Made by a program: the position numbers and the translations under genes. From the NCBI GenBank assembly GCA_965112735.1, contig OZ218950.1:1674001-1738000 (forward strand): a DNA stretch of 64,000 nucleotides. Reading direction: 5' to 3'. The DNA is from Phaeosaccion multiseriatum (taxonomy: Eukaryota > Protista > Ochrophyta, other classes). Shown in pieces: positions 49,665 to 61,483 of the stretch. The notes beneath the pieces were generated by a model that saw only the letters and a program-made list of their open reading frames with translations, did not search any database and was not told the DNA's origin. Position 1 is the stretch's first letter; every line of letters starts with the position of its first letter.

Positions 49665-50496
49665 GCGAGCAGTGTCGAATAGTTCGACTCAATGAAGAAC
49701 TCGAGATAGCATGCGGAACAACTCGACTCAAGGATTCGATATGTGTGTGTGTGTGTGTGTGTGTGTTGTTTGTATTCGTGCTTCAATCGATTCCAGGGAG
49801 AGAAGAGCAGTGCAGTGCGGGAGGGAACAAAGCGCCTCGGCCATAGTAGAGAAAATGCGATCCACATGCACGCCTTGATCGAAAAAGAAACCCCCCACCT
49901 TTACCCTTACACCTACCCGGGTGTCGAACTGCAGTATCCTAGTATGCTGGTCTGTGCTGTGCCCCGCTTGTATGTGCTTTAGGCTGTCTGCCCCCCCGAC
50001 CAAAGGAGAAGCGCAGATTATTGGGCGATTACGCGGGCCTTCCCTTCCCCCACCACTCTGGCTCACCAGTGCAGAGAGGGGATCGATTCGATCAGTTAGT
50101 CGGTAGCGTGCACCAACTGCATTGATTGGCAGGAAACGCTCATCCCCTTTGCACGTCCCTCACACCCCGCTCCTGCCCTCCGGTCGGGGAGAGCCGGCCT
50201 TCGAGGAACCGACCCCCATCATTGACGGGTTCTTGTTGGACTCTGCACCAACAGCTTTAAAAGCCCTTGTCCCTTGTCGAGCTTATCGCTGTTTGCAAGG
50301 TGTCTCCTCCTCTTCTCCCTTCCTTCTTCCTCGTACTACGAAGTACATGCCAAGCCGACTCTGAAAGATGTGACACTGTTTGTAACTAGTGCACCGCAGC
50401 ATCCCTTCTGGCGAAGACCCCCCTGGTGAAGAATCACGTCCGGGGGGTTACGAGCAAAGCGGGTCCGACGCCAGAGCAAGAAAAAGCTTCTTCCCC

Positions 50497-51240
50497 TCAC
50501 TCCCTTGTATCAAAGCCTTTGTCCGCACTGCTCTTGCTGGCACTCTTTCCTTTCAGACGAGCGTCAAAGTCCCTCAAATCCCCGTATCCCGGCTTGAGCC
50601 TCCTCTTGGGCTTGGACTTGATGGGAACCCGCTCCTCGTCCTCGTCCTCCTCGTCCTGCTGCTGTCTCACCAACTGCTGCTGCTGCGCGCCCACCACGGC
50701 CACCGCAGTAATAGCAAGTGCAAGCATTCCAGACGGTAGGCTGATTTGGTTTCCTCCTACTGCGGTGACTAAGCTGGCGAGGGGGGCTTGCAAAGCTCCC
50801 GTGGTAAGGATTGCAGCCGCCAATGCTGCGCTGTCCGGCAGACCGGTTGTGCGGCCGAGGGCCAGCCAACCCAGAAACCCAGCCGTGAACAACCAGTCCC
50901 CTCTCAGCACGGCAATGTCTAGGGCTATAAGGAATAGCAAGCGAATACTCAGAGGTCCAACCTGCACTGGAATGTTGAACGTGGAAATTACCTTTTCCAA
51001 CGCGCCAAACTCATCCCCCTCGTCGTCTAACCCCCCCCTCTCATCCTCTTGCCCCCTCCTCGCTTCCAAGGCGGCGCTACGTGGGCTGTTGAGCCCCTGC
51101 ACTCTTTTTCTTATCGTCTGATGCGGTACACATGCTGGACACACTTGTACTCGGGAGAGAGGCGGACAAATCGTAAAGGACGGCAAGAGAAAGGCTGCCA
51201 CTGGTGATGCAATACCCCCAACGACGTGCAGGACACGCAT
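50497..51240 (-). CDS. Hypothetical intronless membrane protein, possible plastid-type leader
   Basis: 247-aa ORF: MRVLHVVGGIASPVAA|FLLP, Arg/Ser-rich transit-like region, 3-4 hydrophobic segments, basic C-term (DLRDFDARL). Confidence 0.65.
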   Translation of the reverse strand: MRVLHVVGGIASPVAAFLLPSFTICPPLSRVQVCPACVPHQTIRKRVQGLNSPRSAALEARRGQEDERGGLDDEGDEFGALEKVISTFNIPVQVGPLSIRLLFLIALDIAVLRGDWLFTAGFLGWLALGRTTGLPDSAALAAAILTTGALQAPLASLVTAVGGNQISLPSGMLALAITAVAVVGAQQQQLVRQQQDEEDEDEERVPIKSKPKRRLKPGYGDLRDFDARLKGKSASKSSADKGFDTRE

Positions 51241-51483
51241 GTTGGGAGACCGAAGAAAAAGGGGGTGGGAAAGGCCCTTTTCTCTAGTATTTTACACCCT
51301 TCAAGGAAAAAAAAATAAAAATTGGTGCTCCACATCCAGCTGTGAATATCAAGTTTCGCTCGTTGTGGTTGTTTGCTTGACGCCTTCCGCAAGGCATGAT
51401 GTGGACACCTTCCTTGGATGCTATTTGACTTGCAATGACCCTTGGTCTTCTCCTCTTATCGACGCACTGCGGCTGCAACCACG

Positions 51484-54400
51484 ATGTCATTTTCCACAGA
51501 GGACAGTGGCAATTCACGGGGTGGTTCCCCAAGGCATCAACCCCATAGCGGCGGTCTAGAAATAGCAGAGCTAGTTCCGTTTTTGAGGGAGAAGATAGAT
51601 GAAGCAGGGTCTTCAGCGCTTGTGAATGGGTCTTCCTCTTCTCTGGCGACAGTACGGCGTAGGGAAGAGCAAAGGCCTGTGGATACCGAGAGACAAGGTG
51701 AGAAGCTTTTACCTTCACACATGGGCTCCTTCGTCCTCAAAATCACTCCCCCAGGGATGGAGCACGTCAGAGGAGTGCATACTGACCGCTCTCTGGGATG
51801 GCAGCAAATCAGAGTCCAAAGTTCATCAGAAAAGTGGCGGGAGTTGTTGTACCCCCTTGCCACGCGTACGTACAATCGTACCCTGCCCCTCGACAGTCAT
51901 TGTAATTCGCTGACTAAGAGCGGGCAAAAGGCTTGCCGATGTGTTTTTTTGCAGCTGAACGCTGCGGATATGTATGCCATACTCTCCCCGCTTCCCGTCC
52001 TTGACTGTCTCCGCCCCACGTTACGAATCACTCGCCCCCCCTCGTGCCCCCCCTGCCCCCCCCCCCCCCCAACCCGTCTTTCTTTTGCAGTGCTGCTCAC
52101 CATGCTTCTCGCCGAAGTCTGTGCGCTCCACGACGCAACGCCGCGAACCTTCGTAGAGCAGGTACGATGTGTGCGGCTTTGCGATCGGCGCACCCACACA
52201 GTCCACTCCACCCCCCCCCCCTGCGCAGACACACTTCGATACACTCACTCCTCTCCTCTTCCCTCCCCTCCCCCCGGCCCCAGGTGCTCCGTCTTTTCGA
52301 ACTGAAAGTGCTTGATTCCCTCTCCTTCCTTTGGAGCATGGACTTTCTCTCCGGCCCGCCTCCACCGCTCGGTGAGGAGCTCGAAGCCGTGCGCGCCATC
52401 CTCATCGAAGGCAGCCCCTCCGTAGGCCTGGACGGCTTCCGTATGTGGAACAACAACGCACCTTCCTCCCCTTCGCCTTCAACGCAGCAGCCGCAGCTAC
52501 CGAACTCCCCGCAGCAGTACCGAGCAGACAGAGGCAGTGAAGGCATCGCACCACCACCACCACCACCACCGCTGCCAGATCCTGAAACGGGGATACAGCA
52601 CGCAGGTGGTGATACCGCAGCAGGATTAGCAGCCGAAGTTATGGCACATGTTGGTGCAGCAGGTGGTGGACAATCTATACTACCCCGATCCCTACCCCCG
52701 CCCCCGGAGTCTCCCTTGTCCTCCCCACCCAATGCCTCCTCCTTCCCTGCTGGTGCTGGTGCTGGTGCTGGTGCTGGTGCTGGTGGTGCTGGTGCTGGTG
52801 CTGCTGGCGCAGGCGGAGTTACAGCTGGGGTAGCAAGTGCAAGTGGATCTCCTCCGAGTCCGACCCCGTTGAAGATGGTGTCTTCACGATACGCGCGCGA
52901 GTTTGAAGAGGTGAACCTCATTGCACGAGGGGCCTTTGGGGATGTGTATAGAGCGAGGCATCGCTTGGATGGGATTGAGTACGCTGTCAAGAAGATCACT
53001 CTAAGGGGAGAGAAGGCGCCATTTGCGCTGAGGGAGGTCTGGAACCTGTCGAAGGTGAGTGAGGGAGAGAGGAAGGGAGGAAGGGGAGGAGGGCGGAGAG
53101 GGGAGGGAGGGGGAGGGAAAGAGAGAGGGTGGCGAGGATGGGGGGAAGCAGAAGGCGAGAGGGAGAGGGAGAGAGAGGGAGCGGCGGCGGGAGGGGGAGA
53201 CAGCAGTTGGGAGCAGGGGCGAGGCCGCAGCTGGTGTTGAACGAGTCTGACCAAGGGAGGGAGGAGGAGCCGCGTCAAGAGCATCTCTTGTCCCGTGCTG
53301 GCCTCATGCGTCTCATGGCATATCCTCTCCTCTCCTCTCGTCTCGGCTCATCTCCTCCCCTCCCCTCCCCTCCCCTCCCCTCCCCTCTCCTCTCCTCTGC
53401 TTTCCTCTCCTCTCCTCTCCTCTCCTCTACTTTCCTCTCCTCTCCTCTCCTCTCCTCTCCTCTCCTCTCCTCTCCTCTCCTCTCCTCTCCTCTACTTTCC
53501 TCTCCTCTCCTCTCCTCTGCTCTCCTCTCCTCTCCTCCCCTCCCCTCCCCTCTCTCTCCTCTGCTCTCCTCTCCTCTCCTCTCCTCTCCTCTACTTTCCT
53601 CTCCTCTCCTCTCCTCTCCTCTCCTCTCCTCTCCTCTCTCTCACTCCATTCCACCACACTGCACTGAACTTCACCAGGTGACCCACCGAAACGTCGTTCG
53701 GTATCACACCGCATGGAACGAATCGAGCTGGCTCAACCACCCTCACAGGAAGCTTCCCCACATGATGATGAGGGCAGCGGTTGGTGATACAGCAGCAGCA
53801 GTTGGTGGTGGTACAGCAGTTGGTGGTACAACAGCGGTAACAGGGGTGAATTCCATCGCTCAGGGACGACCGCAAGATTTGCGCCATAGGCTGGATTTAC
53901 TCGTGCCGTCAGATGACAAAGTGAAGCTGCTGACTGACTTAGAGGAGCTGTTAGGAGACGGTATGGGTGGTCTTGGAGGAGGAAGAGGAGGAAGAGGAGG
54001 AAGGGGAGGAGGAAGAGGAAGAGGGGGAAGAGGCAGCGGCAGCACCAGCAGTAGCAACAGCCTCGGCGAAGGGCGGGGTGCTGTGGCCTTTCGTCACGGC
54101 ACCGCTGCCGGCTTCGATAGCAGCGCAGACAGCAGCAACAACAGCTTGTGGGATGACGGTCGGGAACTCGATCGGGAGTGGTCTATAGATGACTGCGACG
54201 AGGCTTGGACTCGAGATGGACGTGGTGGTGGTATGGGCACTCGGTTTGGCGACTACTACAGGACAGATGACGACGACAGTAATGACCACATTGTCTCCTT
54301 TCTAAGAGAAGGAGAAGGAGGGGTCGAAGACAAGAGAGAGGGTGAGGGATCGGCCTGGACAGAGAACAGAGAGGACGAGTCTGCGTGGACCAGAGACGGG

Positions 54401-57400
54401 CAAAGCGGCAAAAGCGGCGCCTCCTTTGTCGTCCCTCCCGGGGGGAGCAGCAGTAACAGCAGCAGCAGCTTTGAGGAGATTGAGCTTCCGAGGAGGGGCG
54501 GGGGTGGGCGAGGAAGAGGTAGAGGAGGAGGAGGAGGAGGAGGAGGAGGAGGAGGAGGAGGAGGAGGAGCAGCAGCAGCAGGAGGAGGAGGAGGAGCAGG
54601 AGGAGCAGCAGGTAGAGGAGGAGGAGGAGGAGGAGCAGGAGCGAGAGTACGAGGCCGAGCACAGGCCCCAGCAGCGGCGCAGGCGCGTAAGGCGTCTTTC
54701 CGGTACGAGTTCTCTCTCTTCATTCAGATGCAGCTTTGCACAGGTAAGGAAGAGAAGGGAGAGAGGCGGGGCGGCGAATAGAGAGACGGGGGAGAGAGAG
54801 AGCGACACGGTGCATCAATCCGTTCGATTCATCGGGTTTTTTTTCGTCCGTGCCATTTGTTTTTTTCCATCATTCGTTCCATCAGGCAATACGCTCAAGG
54901 ACTGGATTCGGAATAGGAATGCGTCACTTGCTCCTCCTCGAGACCGCAATCTCGATGTGCTCGAGATCCTGCTCATGTTCAAGCAAATGTTGCAGGGATT
55001 GGCCGCCATTCACGAGAAGGACATCATTCACAGGTGAGAGGGAGGGGTTGAGGGAGGGAGTGAGGGAGGTAGGCAGGAGAGAGGAGCTCATCGACCTCCT
55101 TCTCCTTATAAAGTACTGTAGTAGTCTTCATCCCTCTCTCTCTCTCTCTCTCGCTCGCTCTCTCTTTCCCGTCTCTCTGCCTGTGCGCCGGCGGGGCAAT
55201 TGTCTTTCTGCCTGGCCAGTGCACTGTACCGCCTCTCTTTCTCCTTCCTTCCCTCCCTCCCTCCCTCCCTCCCTCCCTCCCTCCCTCCCTCCCTCCCTCC
55301 CTCCCTCCCTCCCTCCCTCCCTCCCTCCCTCCCTCCCTCCCTCCCTCCCTCCCTCCCTCCCTTCCTTCCTTCCTTCCTTCCCTCCTCCGTTCGTCCCTCC
55401 CTCCCTTCCTCCCTCCCTCCCTCCCTCCCTCCCTCTGAATCGCCCACCGCAAAAACTCGAGCACCTTCTCACCCAACGCCTCTCCCCCTCACTCGTATGG
55501 CTCGCATGTGTGTCTGGCACCTCCCCCCCCCACCCGACTCTGTCCCCCCGTCCCCCACTATTGTAGAGACCTAAAGCCCGAGAATGTGTTTATAATGGAT
55601 GGCGAAGTCAAGATCGGAGACTTTGGCCTGAGCTGCCTCCACTACCCTTCCGTAGTAGACAACCGTAGCCTTGACGACTCAGGAACGAAGTCTGAACTCG
55701 TTGAGCTGCAAGAGGTAGAGGGAGATGGAGAGGGAGGGCTCGGTGGCAGTAGCGGCGGTGGTGTCGCGTCTGGAGGAGGAGCAGGAGCTCCGTCAGCAGT
55801 TGGTGATACAGCAGTTTTTAGCGTAGCAGTAGGCGATACGGCAGCAGCAACGGCAGTTGGTGATACAGCAGCCGCGTCGGAAGCCGGAGCTCTGGTGATG
55901 CGACTCGGTTCTGGCAGCAACAACAACACCGGTAACACACAAAGCCTGGAGGTGGACACAGGAGGTGGAGCAGCAGCAGGAGGAGGAGGAGGAGGAGGAG
56001 GGTCTTCCTCTCATACAACGGGGGTGGGGACGGCGACGTACGCCTCTCCGGAGCAATTGAACCACACCGTGTACGACAGCTCCAGTGACATATACAGCTT
56101 GGGTCTCATACTGCTGGTGAGTATCTGGCAGTTGGACAACCAGTCAATTGGGGTTCCCGTCATATTTCCTCTCTCGCTCAACGCTTGCTCTACACCTGTA
56201 TGTATACAGGAAATGATGAGTGTGTTTGACACTCTGCACGAGCGAGGAGAGGCGTTTCGGAAGATACGAGCGGCCACAGCGGCGCCGTCGGACTCTCGTC
56301 TGCCCCGCCAAATCGAGGTAATTATACAGCCTCACAGTCTCACTTTCGGTTTCAATAACGCCTGTGACCAGTACTGTACGCGCATTGTAGGAGTGTCCAA
56401 AGCTCTGGTGATGTGATTCATGAGCGCCCCTCTCCGCCGTCCCTCTCACTGACCCCACCGCTGAACCGATTCTGAAACGTGTTTTCCCCACTCACCTGGC
56501 CACCACAAATGTGTACATCTGACCTTTCGCAAGGTGAAGTACGGCAAGATTGGGGAGATGGTGCTGGCCATGACTAGCCAGGACCCTAGGCAGAGGCCCA
56601 CGGCAAGGTGTCTCCTTGACAGGATCGTGGAGAAGGAGGAACTCGACCACCGAGCGCTTCGACAAGAGCTGCACGAGAAAGACCGGGTAAGTATGAGGGG
56701 GAGGGGGAGGGTGAGGATGCGGGTGAGGGCGAGGGTGGGGGTGAGGGTGGGGGTGAGGGTGAGGGCGAGGGTGAGGGTGACGGTGAGGGGATGGGAAGGA
56801 AGGAGGGAAGGAAACGAGAAAGGGGTAGGGAAGGGTGGCAAATCGTAGCAAGAGATTGGATGTCAGAGGGTATGAAACGGTACTTCTGGGCAAGAGGTTT
56901 TGATTGGTGGGTCGTCTTACACGCTGCTGTACATGTACCCTCACTCGGCGGCGGGGCGGCGGCGGCTGTATCTCTCTAACCTCATACTCCAATGGCGCAT
57001 TGCTCTCCCGCTCCCTCTCTCTATCTCTCTTCGGTGGTTGCCTGGCTCTCGTCCTCCTGGTCTCCCCCCTCCCTCCCTCCCCCTCCCTCCCTCCCTCCCT
57101 CCCTCCCTCCCTCCCTCCCTCCCTCCCTCCCTCCCTTCCTTCCTTCCTTCCTTCCTTCCTTCCTTCCTTCCTTCCTTCCTTCCTTCCTTTCTTCCTTCCT
57201 TCCTTCCTTCCTTCCTTCCTTCCTTCCTTCCTTCCTTCCTTCCTTCCTTCCTTCCTTCCCTCCTTCCTCCCTCCCTCCCTACCTCACCCACGGGCACGCA
57301 CCGGCCCACCGCCCCCACCGTCCCAACCGCAGCTCATCGCCTCTCTGACTCGTCAGCTGGGGGAGCTGTCACCCCAAGCACCGAGGCGGCGAGGGGCGCC

Positions 57401-57425
57401 GATGGAGCCCGCCCCCTTGCTGTGA
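51484..57425 (+). CDS. eIF2-alpha kinase, HRI (EIF2AK1)-like, ~9-10 exons
   Basis: SRYAREFEEVNLIARGAFGDVYRARHRLDGIEYAVKKI; HRNVVRYHTAW; long kinase insert; LFIQMQLC; IIHRDLKPENVF; VKIGDFGL; HTTGVGTATYASPEQL; DIYSLGLILLEM; short C-terminal coiled coil. No HisRS-like, dsRBD or TM/luminal domain seen. Confidence 0.9.
53323..53640. repeat. Intronic pentanucleotide (CTCTC)n microsatellite
   Basis: Long run of tctcc units with interspersed ctacttt. Confidence 0.9.
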
Positions 57426-58415
57426 CGAGCACCCACTCCCTTGCGGTGACAAGAGCCGCCCACTTGCTGTGACAAACACCCACCCATGACCATGAGCCGT
57501 CACAACCACCGCAGCTCATGACGACAGAACAGGCCTAAAATGATGTTTGCTACACTGAATACAGGACCATTTTACTGCACACTGTCCCACTGCTCTTTGC
57601 CCCTCTGCCCCTCTGGGGCGGCAGCACCAGTAGCAGAGCCGTTTGCTTTGGGGGTGGGAATTTTTAGTTGCACATGACCGACCGACGCATAGTCGGAGAG
57701 CGCAGCCCAAGCCGTAACGTTTGAGCACTCCTCGGCCCCTCGCTGAAAAGGGTGGGACATTAATCTGTAACGGACCGAGAAACCCCGCTGAAACGCGAAG
57801 GGTCACACCCCCTTAAAAAAAACATCCCGCACTCCTAGGAGGGACACTTCCACATCCTTCTCGTCCCTATAAGGTGTGTATGTCCTGGCAACGTGCAGTG
57901 GTAGAAGCAAGATCTGACATCCTGCCACCAGCAACCGGCCGAGAACGTAAAAGAAGACTGATTCCTCCACTCCAACAAGTGACAAGTGACTCTTTTGCAC
58001 TCTTGCCCAGCAGATCAAGGCCTAGGTATGCAAAGGATACACTAGGGAGAGGGAGGGGGGTTGCTGGAGACTACACATGGAAACGCAGCTTTACTACTGA
58101 TCTGGGGATACAATGATGAGAGAAAAAGAAATAAATTTAAAAAAAAAAATACGTTTGGTTACGTAAGGAAAGGAAATGGGTGAGGTGGCGACATACGGAT
58201 TTCTGAATTTATTCAGCGTCAACCACCTCTCACGCTTCCTCATCCAAACTATATAGATAGAGGAGAAGGAAATCGAAAGAGAGAGAGCGACAGACAAGCG
58301 TAACACCCCAGACAGACAACCCCCACAGAGGAGCAAAGGCTCTTCCTTTCAACCAGGGAGCCAGTGACAGAGAGGAAAGTTGAAGCGGTCTGCGAGCAGT
58401 TTTGACAGGCCCACC

Positions 58416-58442
58416 ATGGACGAAGAGGCGGCGGAGCGATGA
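58416..58442 (+). promoter_or_regulatory. Candidate 8-codon uORF (MDEEAAER*) whose stop overlaps the main ATG (ATGA)
   Basis: ccaccATGg context at 58416; TGA at 58440-58442 overlaps the ATG at 58439-58441. Confidence 0.5.
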
Positions 58443-60888
58443 ACAAGGCAGGGAAGGGCGATTGGGGGGGCATGGAGAGCTTCCAGGGAAACGTGTCAGT
58501 GGAGGCAGTAGCTCCTCCTTCGCGCGTTGGCGGCGGGGGCAGGAAGGCGGCGGCGGCTCGGGCTGGTAAGCCCGCGCGGAGGTACAGCAAGCACCGCCAG
58601 TGCGAGGCCGCTGGGTGTGAGGTGCAGCCGACCTATGCCTTTGAGGGTGGGAAGCCTCGCTTCTGTTCAAAGCACAAGGTGTGTATGTGTGTGTGAATGA
58701 GGGTCTCGGGGAGGTCGCAGTATTTTTTTTGCTAACGTGGCGGCGATTTTGTCTCTTGGTGGTGTGCTGGCGCTCACCGTCTTGCCGTGCTGCGTGGGAA
58801 CTCAAGCCGTCCTTTCTTTGCTTTGTTGCCTCCTCTCCACCAATGGTCCGATGATGCGCAGGAGGCGACCATGGTGGACGTGCAGCACCGCCGCTGCGAG
58901 ATGGACTCGTGCAGCAAGCAGCCGCACTTTGCCTTCGCAGGGCAAAAGGCCCGCTTCTGTACCTCCCACAAGGTATGTGGCGGGAGTGAGGGAGTGGGGG
59001 TGGGATATCACAGCTCAATGTCCTCCTGTCTCTCTCCACTGCTTCCCCTCAACTCCACCATTCCTGCTCTATATCCTCGCACCTGCTCTATCTGTCCCTT
59101 TGCCACTTGCCCTCACTCTCGCTCCCTTCCACTCCATACTCCGCAGCTCAACGGCATGGTGAATGTGCAGAACCGGAGATGCGAGGACCCCAGCTGCAGC
59201 AGGGAACCTATCTACGCATTTGCCGGGCAGAAGGCCAAATTCTGCAGCCAACACATGGCGGAGGGGATGATCAACGTCAAGAGCAGGCGGTGCGCAGAGG
59301 CAGGGTGCTCGCGGCACCCTCTGTACGCCGCAGAGGGGGCCCGAGCGCTGTATTGCAGCAAGCACAAGACGGCGGACATGGTGGACGTACTGAGTCGCAA
59401 GTGCGAGTTCCCCGGCTGCAAGAAGCGGTCCATGTATGGCGCCCCGTATTGCAAGGCCAAGTTTTGCAGCGCACACAAGGAGGAGGGGATGGTTATTATC
59501 CAAAGGAAAAGGTGTGAGAGCCCGGACTGCTGCAAAATGCCCACGTTTGGGTGGGAGGCGGAGTGCCGGGCGCGCTTTTGCCCCAAACATGCGGAGGTGG
59601 GCATGGTGGACATTCAGCAGTGGCAGAGAGATCGCCAGAAGCAGGAGCAGCAGGAGCGTATAGTGCAGCTGAGTCAGCATCAGGAGGAGAGGGAGCTCCT
59701 GCGGCGCCGGCAGGAGGAAGAGACCCTGAGGCTGGTGCACTTGCAGCGGAAGGAGCGCGATAGGGAGAGCCCCACCGGCTCGATGGAAGCTCTCCTGACG
59801 CCCCATCACCTGCTTGACCCCAGCAAACCTAGCGCCGTTGCCGCCCCCGTGGAGCATCAGTACGAGGCCAATGCCCAGCAGTTCTTGCATCAGCAGCAGT
59901 CTCACTTGCACCAGCTTCAGTACCACCAGCAGCAGCAACACTACCTCATGCCATCGTCGCAGTCGCAGCACCAGCAGCAAATGGCCTCCTCCTTCGACGG
60001 CGTAAGTAGCTTAGCTGAGGCCGTCTTTGGGGGGGGGGCAGACATTGACGGTGCGGACTGCGTGCCGCATTCGATTCCCTTCTCGCTGGTGAGCAACAGC
60101 AGCGGCAGCAACAATGGCGATGACCCTACCACCACATCCTCCACATCGTCCTTCTCGCCTCCAAGGGGGGGGTTGGAAGACGGTAACACACCGCCGCCAG
60201 GAGGAGAAGGAGAAGGAGGAGGGGTAGGGGGGGGGGGCATTATTAGTGCTGCTCTTACTGTAAAGGGGGAGATGGTGGAGGAGGAGGACGAGGAGGAGCA
60301 GGAGGAGGAGAGACATGCACGGGATACGGTGCGAGCTCCGTCGCGGAAGAGGCGCAGGCGACAAGAGTCAGCCTGCTCGGAGTCCTCGTCGCAAACAAAA
60401 ATTCAGTTTCCAGATGACGCCGCCACCGGGCTTCAGCTTCAGACGACGACGACGACGACGACGGCGCCACCGCTGACCAACGCCCATCTGCAGCAGCTGT
60501 ATTACCACCAGCAGCAGCAGCAGAGGCAGCAGCAGTTACAGTTGGCGCACATGGCCCAATTGGTGGGCCTCGACGCCTCGGATTTGTTCGAGATTAGCGG
60601 CAGCGAGGCCGAAAAGGGTCACAGTAGTAGTGTGCACATGGTGAAAAATCATCCGCGGCACCACCGCCATCACCATCACCACCATCAGCAGCCGCCGCAG
60701 CTGCCGCAGCCGCAGCCGCAGCAACAGCAGCAACGGTTCGGCGCAGCCTTCGACCCAACCCTGGCTTTTGATGCCACCGCCATATCCATCGCGGCCATGG
60801 AGAGGCTGTCACAAATGGCGCATCTGCAGCAGCAACAACCGCCCATGATGGGCATGCCTGTGCAGCAGCACTTGGGATCGATTGAAGG

Positions 60889-60929
<41 letters not shown>

Positions 60930-60956
60930 CGCAACCGCAACCGCAACCGCAACCGC

Positions 60957-61015
<59 letters not shown>

Positions 61016-61483
61016 CGGGAACAACAACAGCAACAGCAGCAGCAACAACAACAACAACAGCAACCACAACCACAACCACAACCACAACCACAGCAACAGC
61101 AACCACAGCAGCAGCAGCAGCAGCAGCAGCACGACGGGAGCGGAAGGCACCTCCACCTTGCCGCACCCACCCATTCGCAGCTCGGGGGCTACCTCCCGCC
61201 GTCCTCGAATCCGTTCATGCAGCCGTACGCCTCCCCCCCGTACCCTTCCGGCTATCCTGGAAGTGGTGGTTTTCCGTTCGAGCTGGGGCCGGGCGGTGGA
61301 GCAGCGGGCGGCGCAGAAGCCGGAGTAGCGGCGGGGGGTCCAATAGGGGAGGCCCTTGCGTCATTTCCTGGACTCATGGACCTGCCGTTGTCACCCCCGT
61401 CGTCTGGCAGCCTCAGTAATAGCAGCAGCAGCAGCGCCAGCATCAGCAAAGGAGGCATCAGCAGCAGCGTTGGCAGTGGTTGA
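58439..61483 (+). CDS. EsV-1-7 cysteine-rich repeat protein (6 repeats) with Gln/Pro/His-rich C-terminus, 3 exons
   Basis: Six units of GMV[DN]V..RRC...GC...P.[YF]......A.[FY]C..HK. Exons 58439-58678, 58862-58972, 59147-61483. Confidence 0.88.

Noticed and set aside
52097-53284. 395-aa minus-strand ORF
   Set aside because: Antisense to the kinase exons and G-rich intron
58439-61483. Endogenous giant-virus insertion (because of EsV-1-7 repeats)
   Set aside because: The gene has spliceosomal introns and host-like composition, and no viral hallmark genes are nearby
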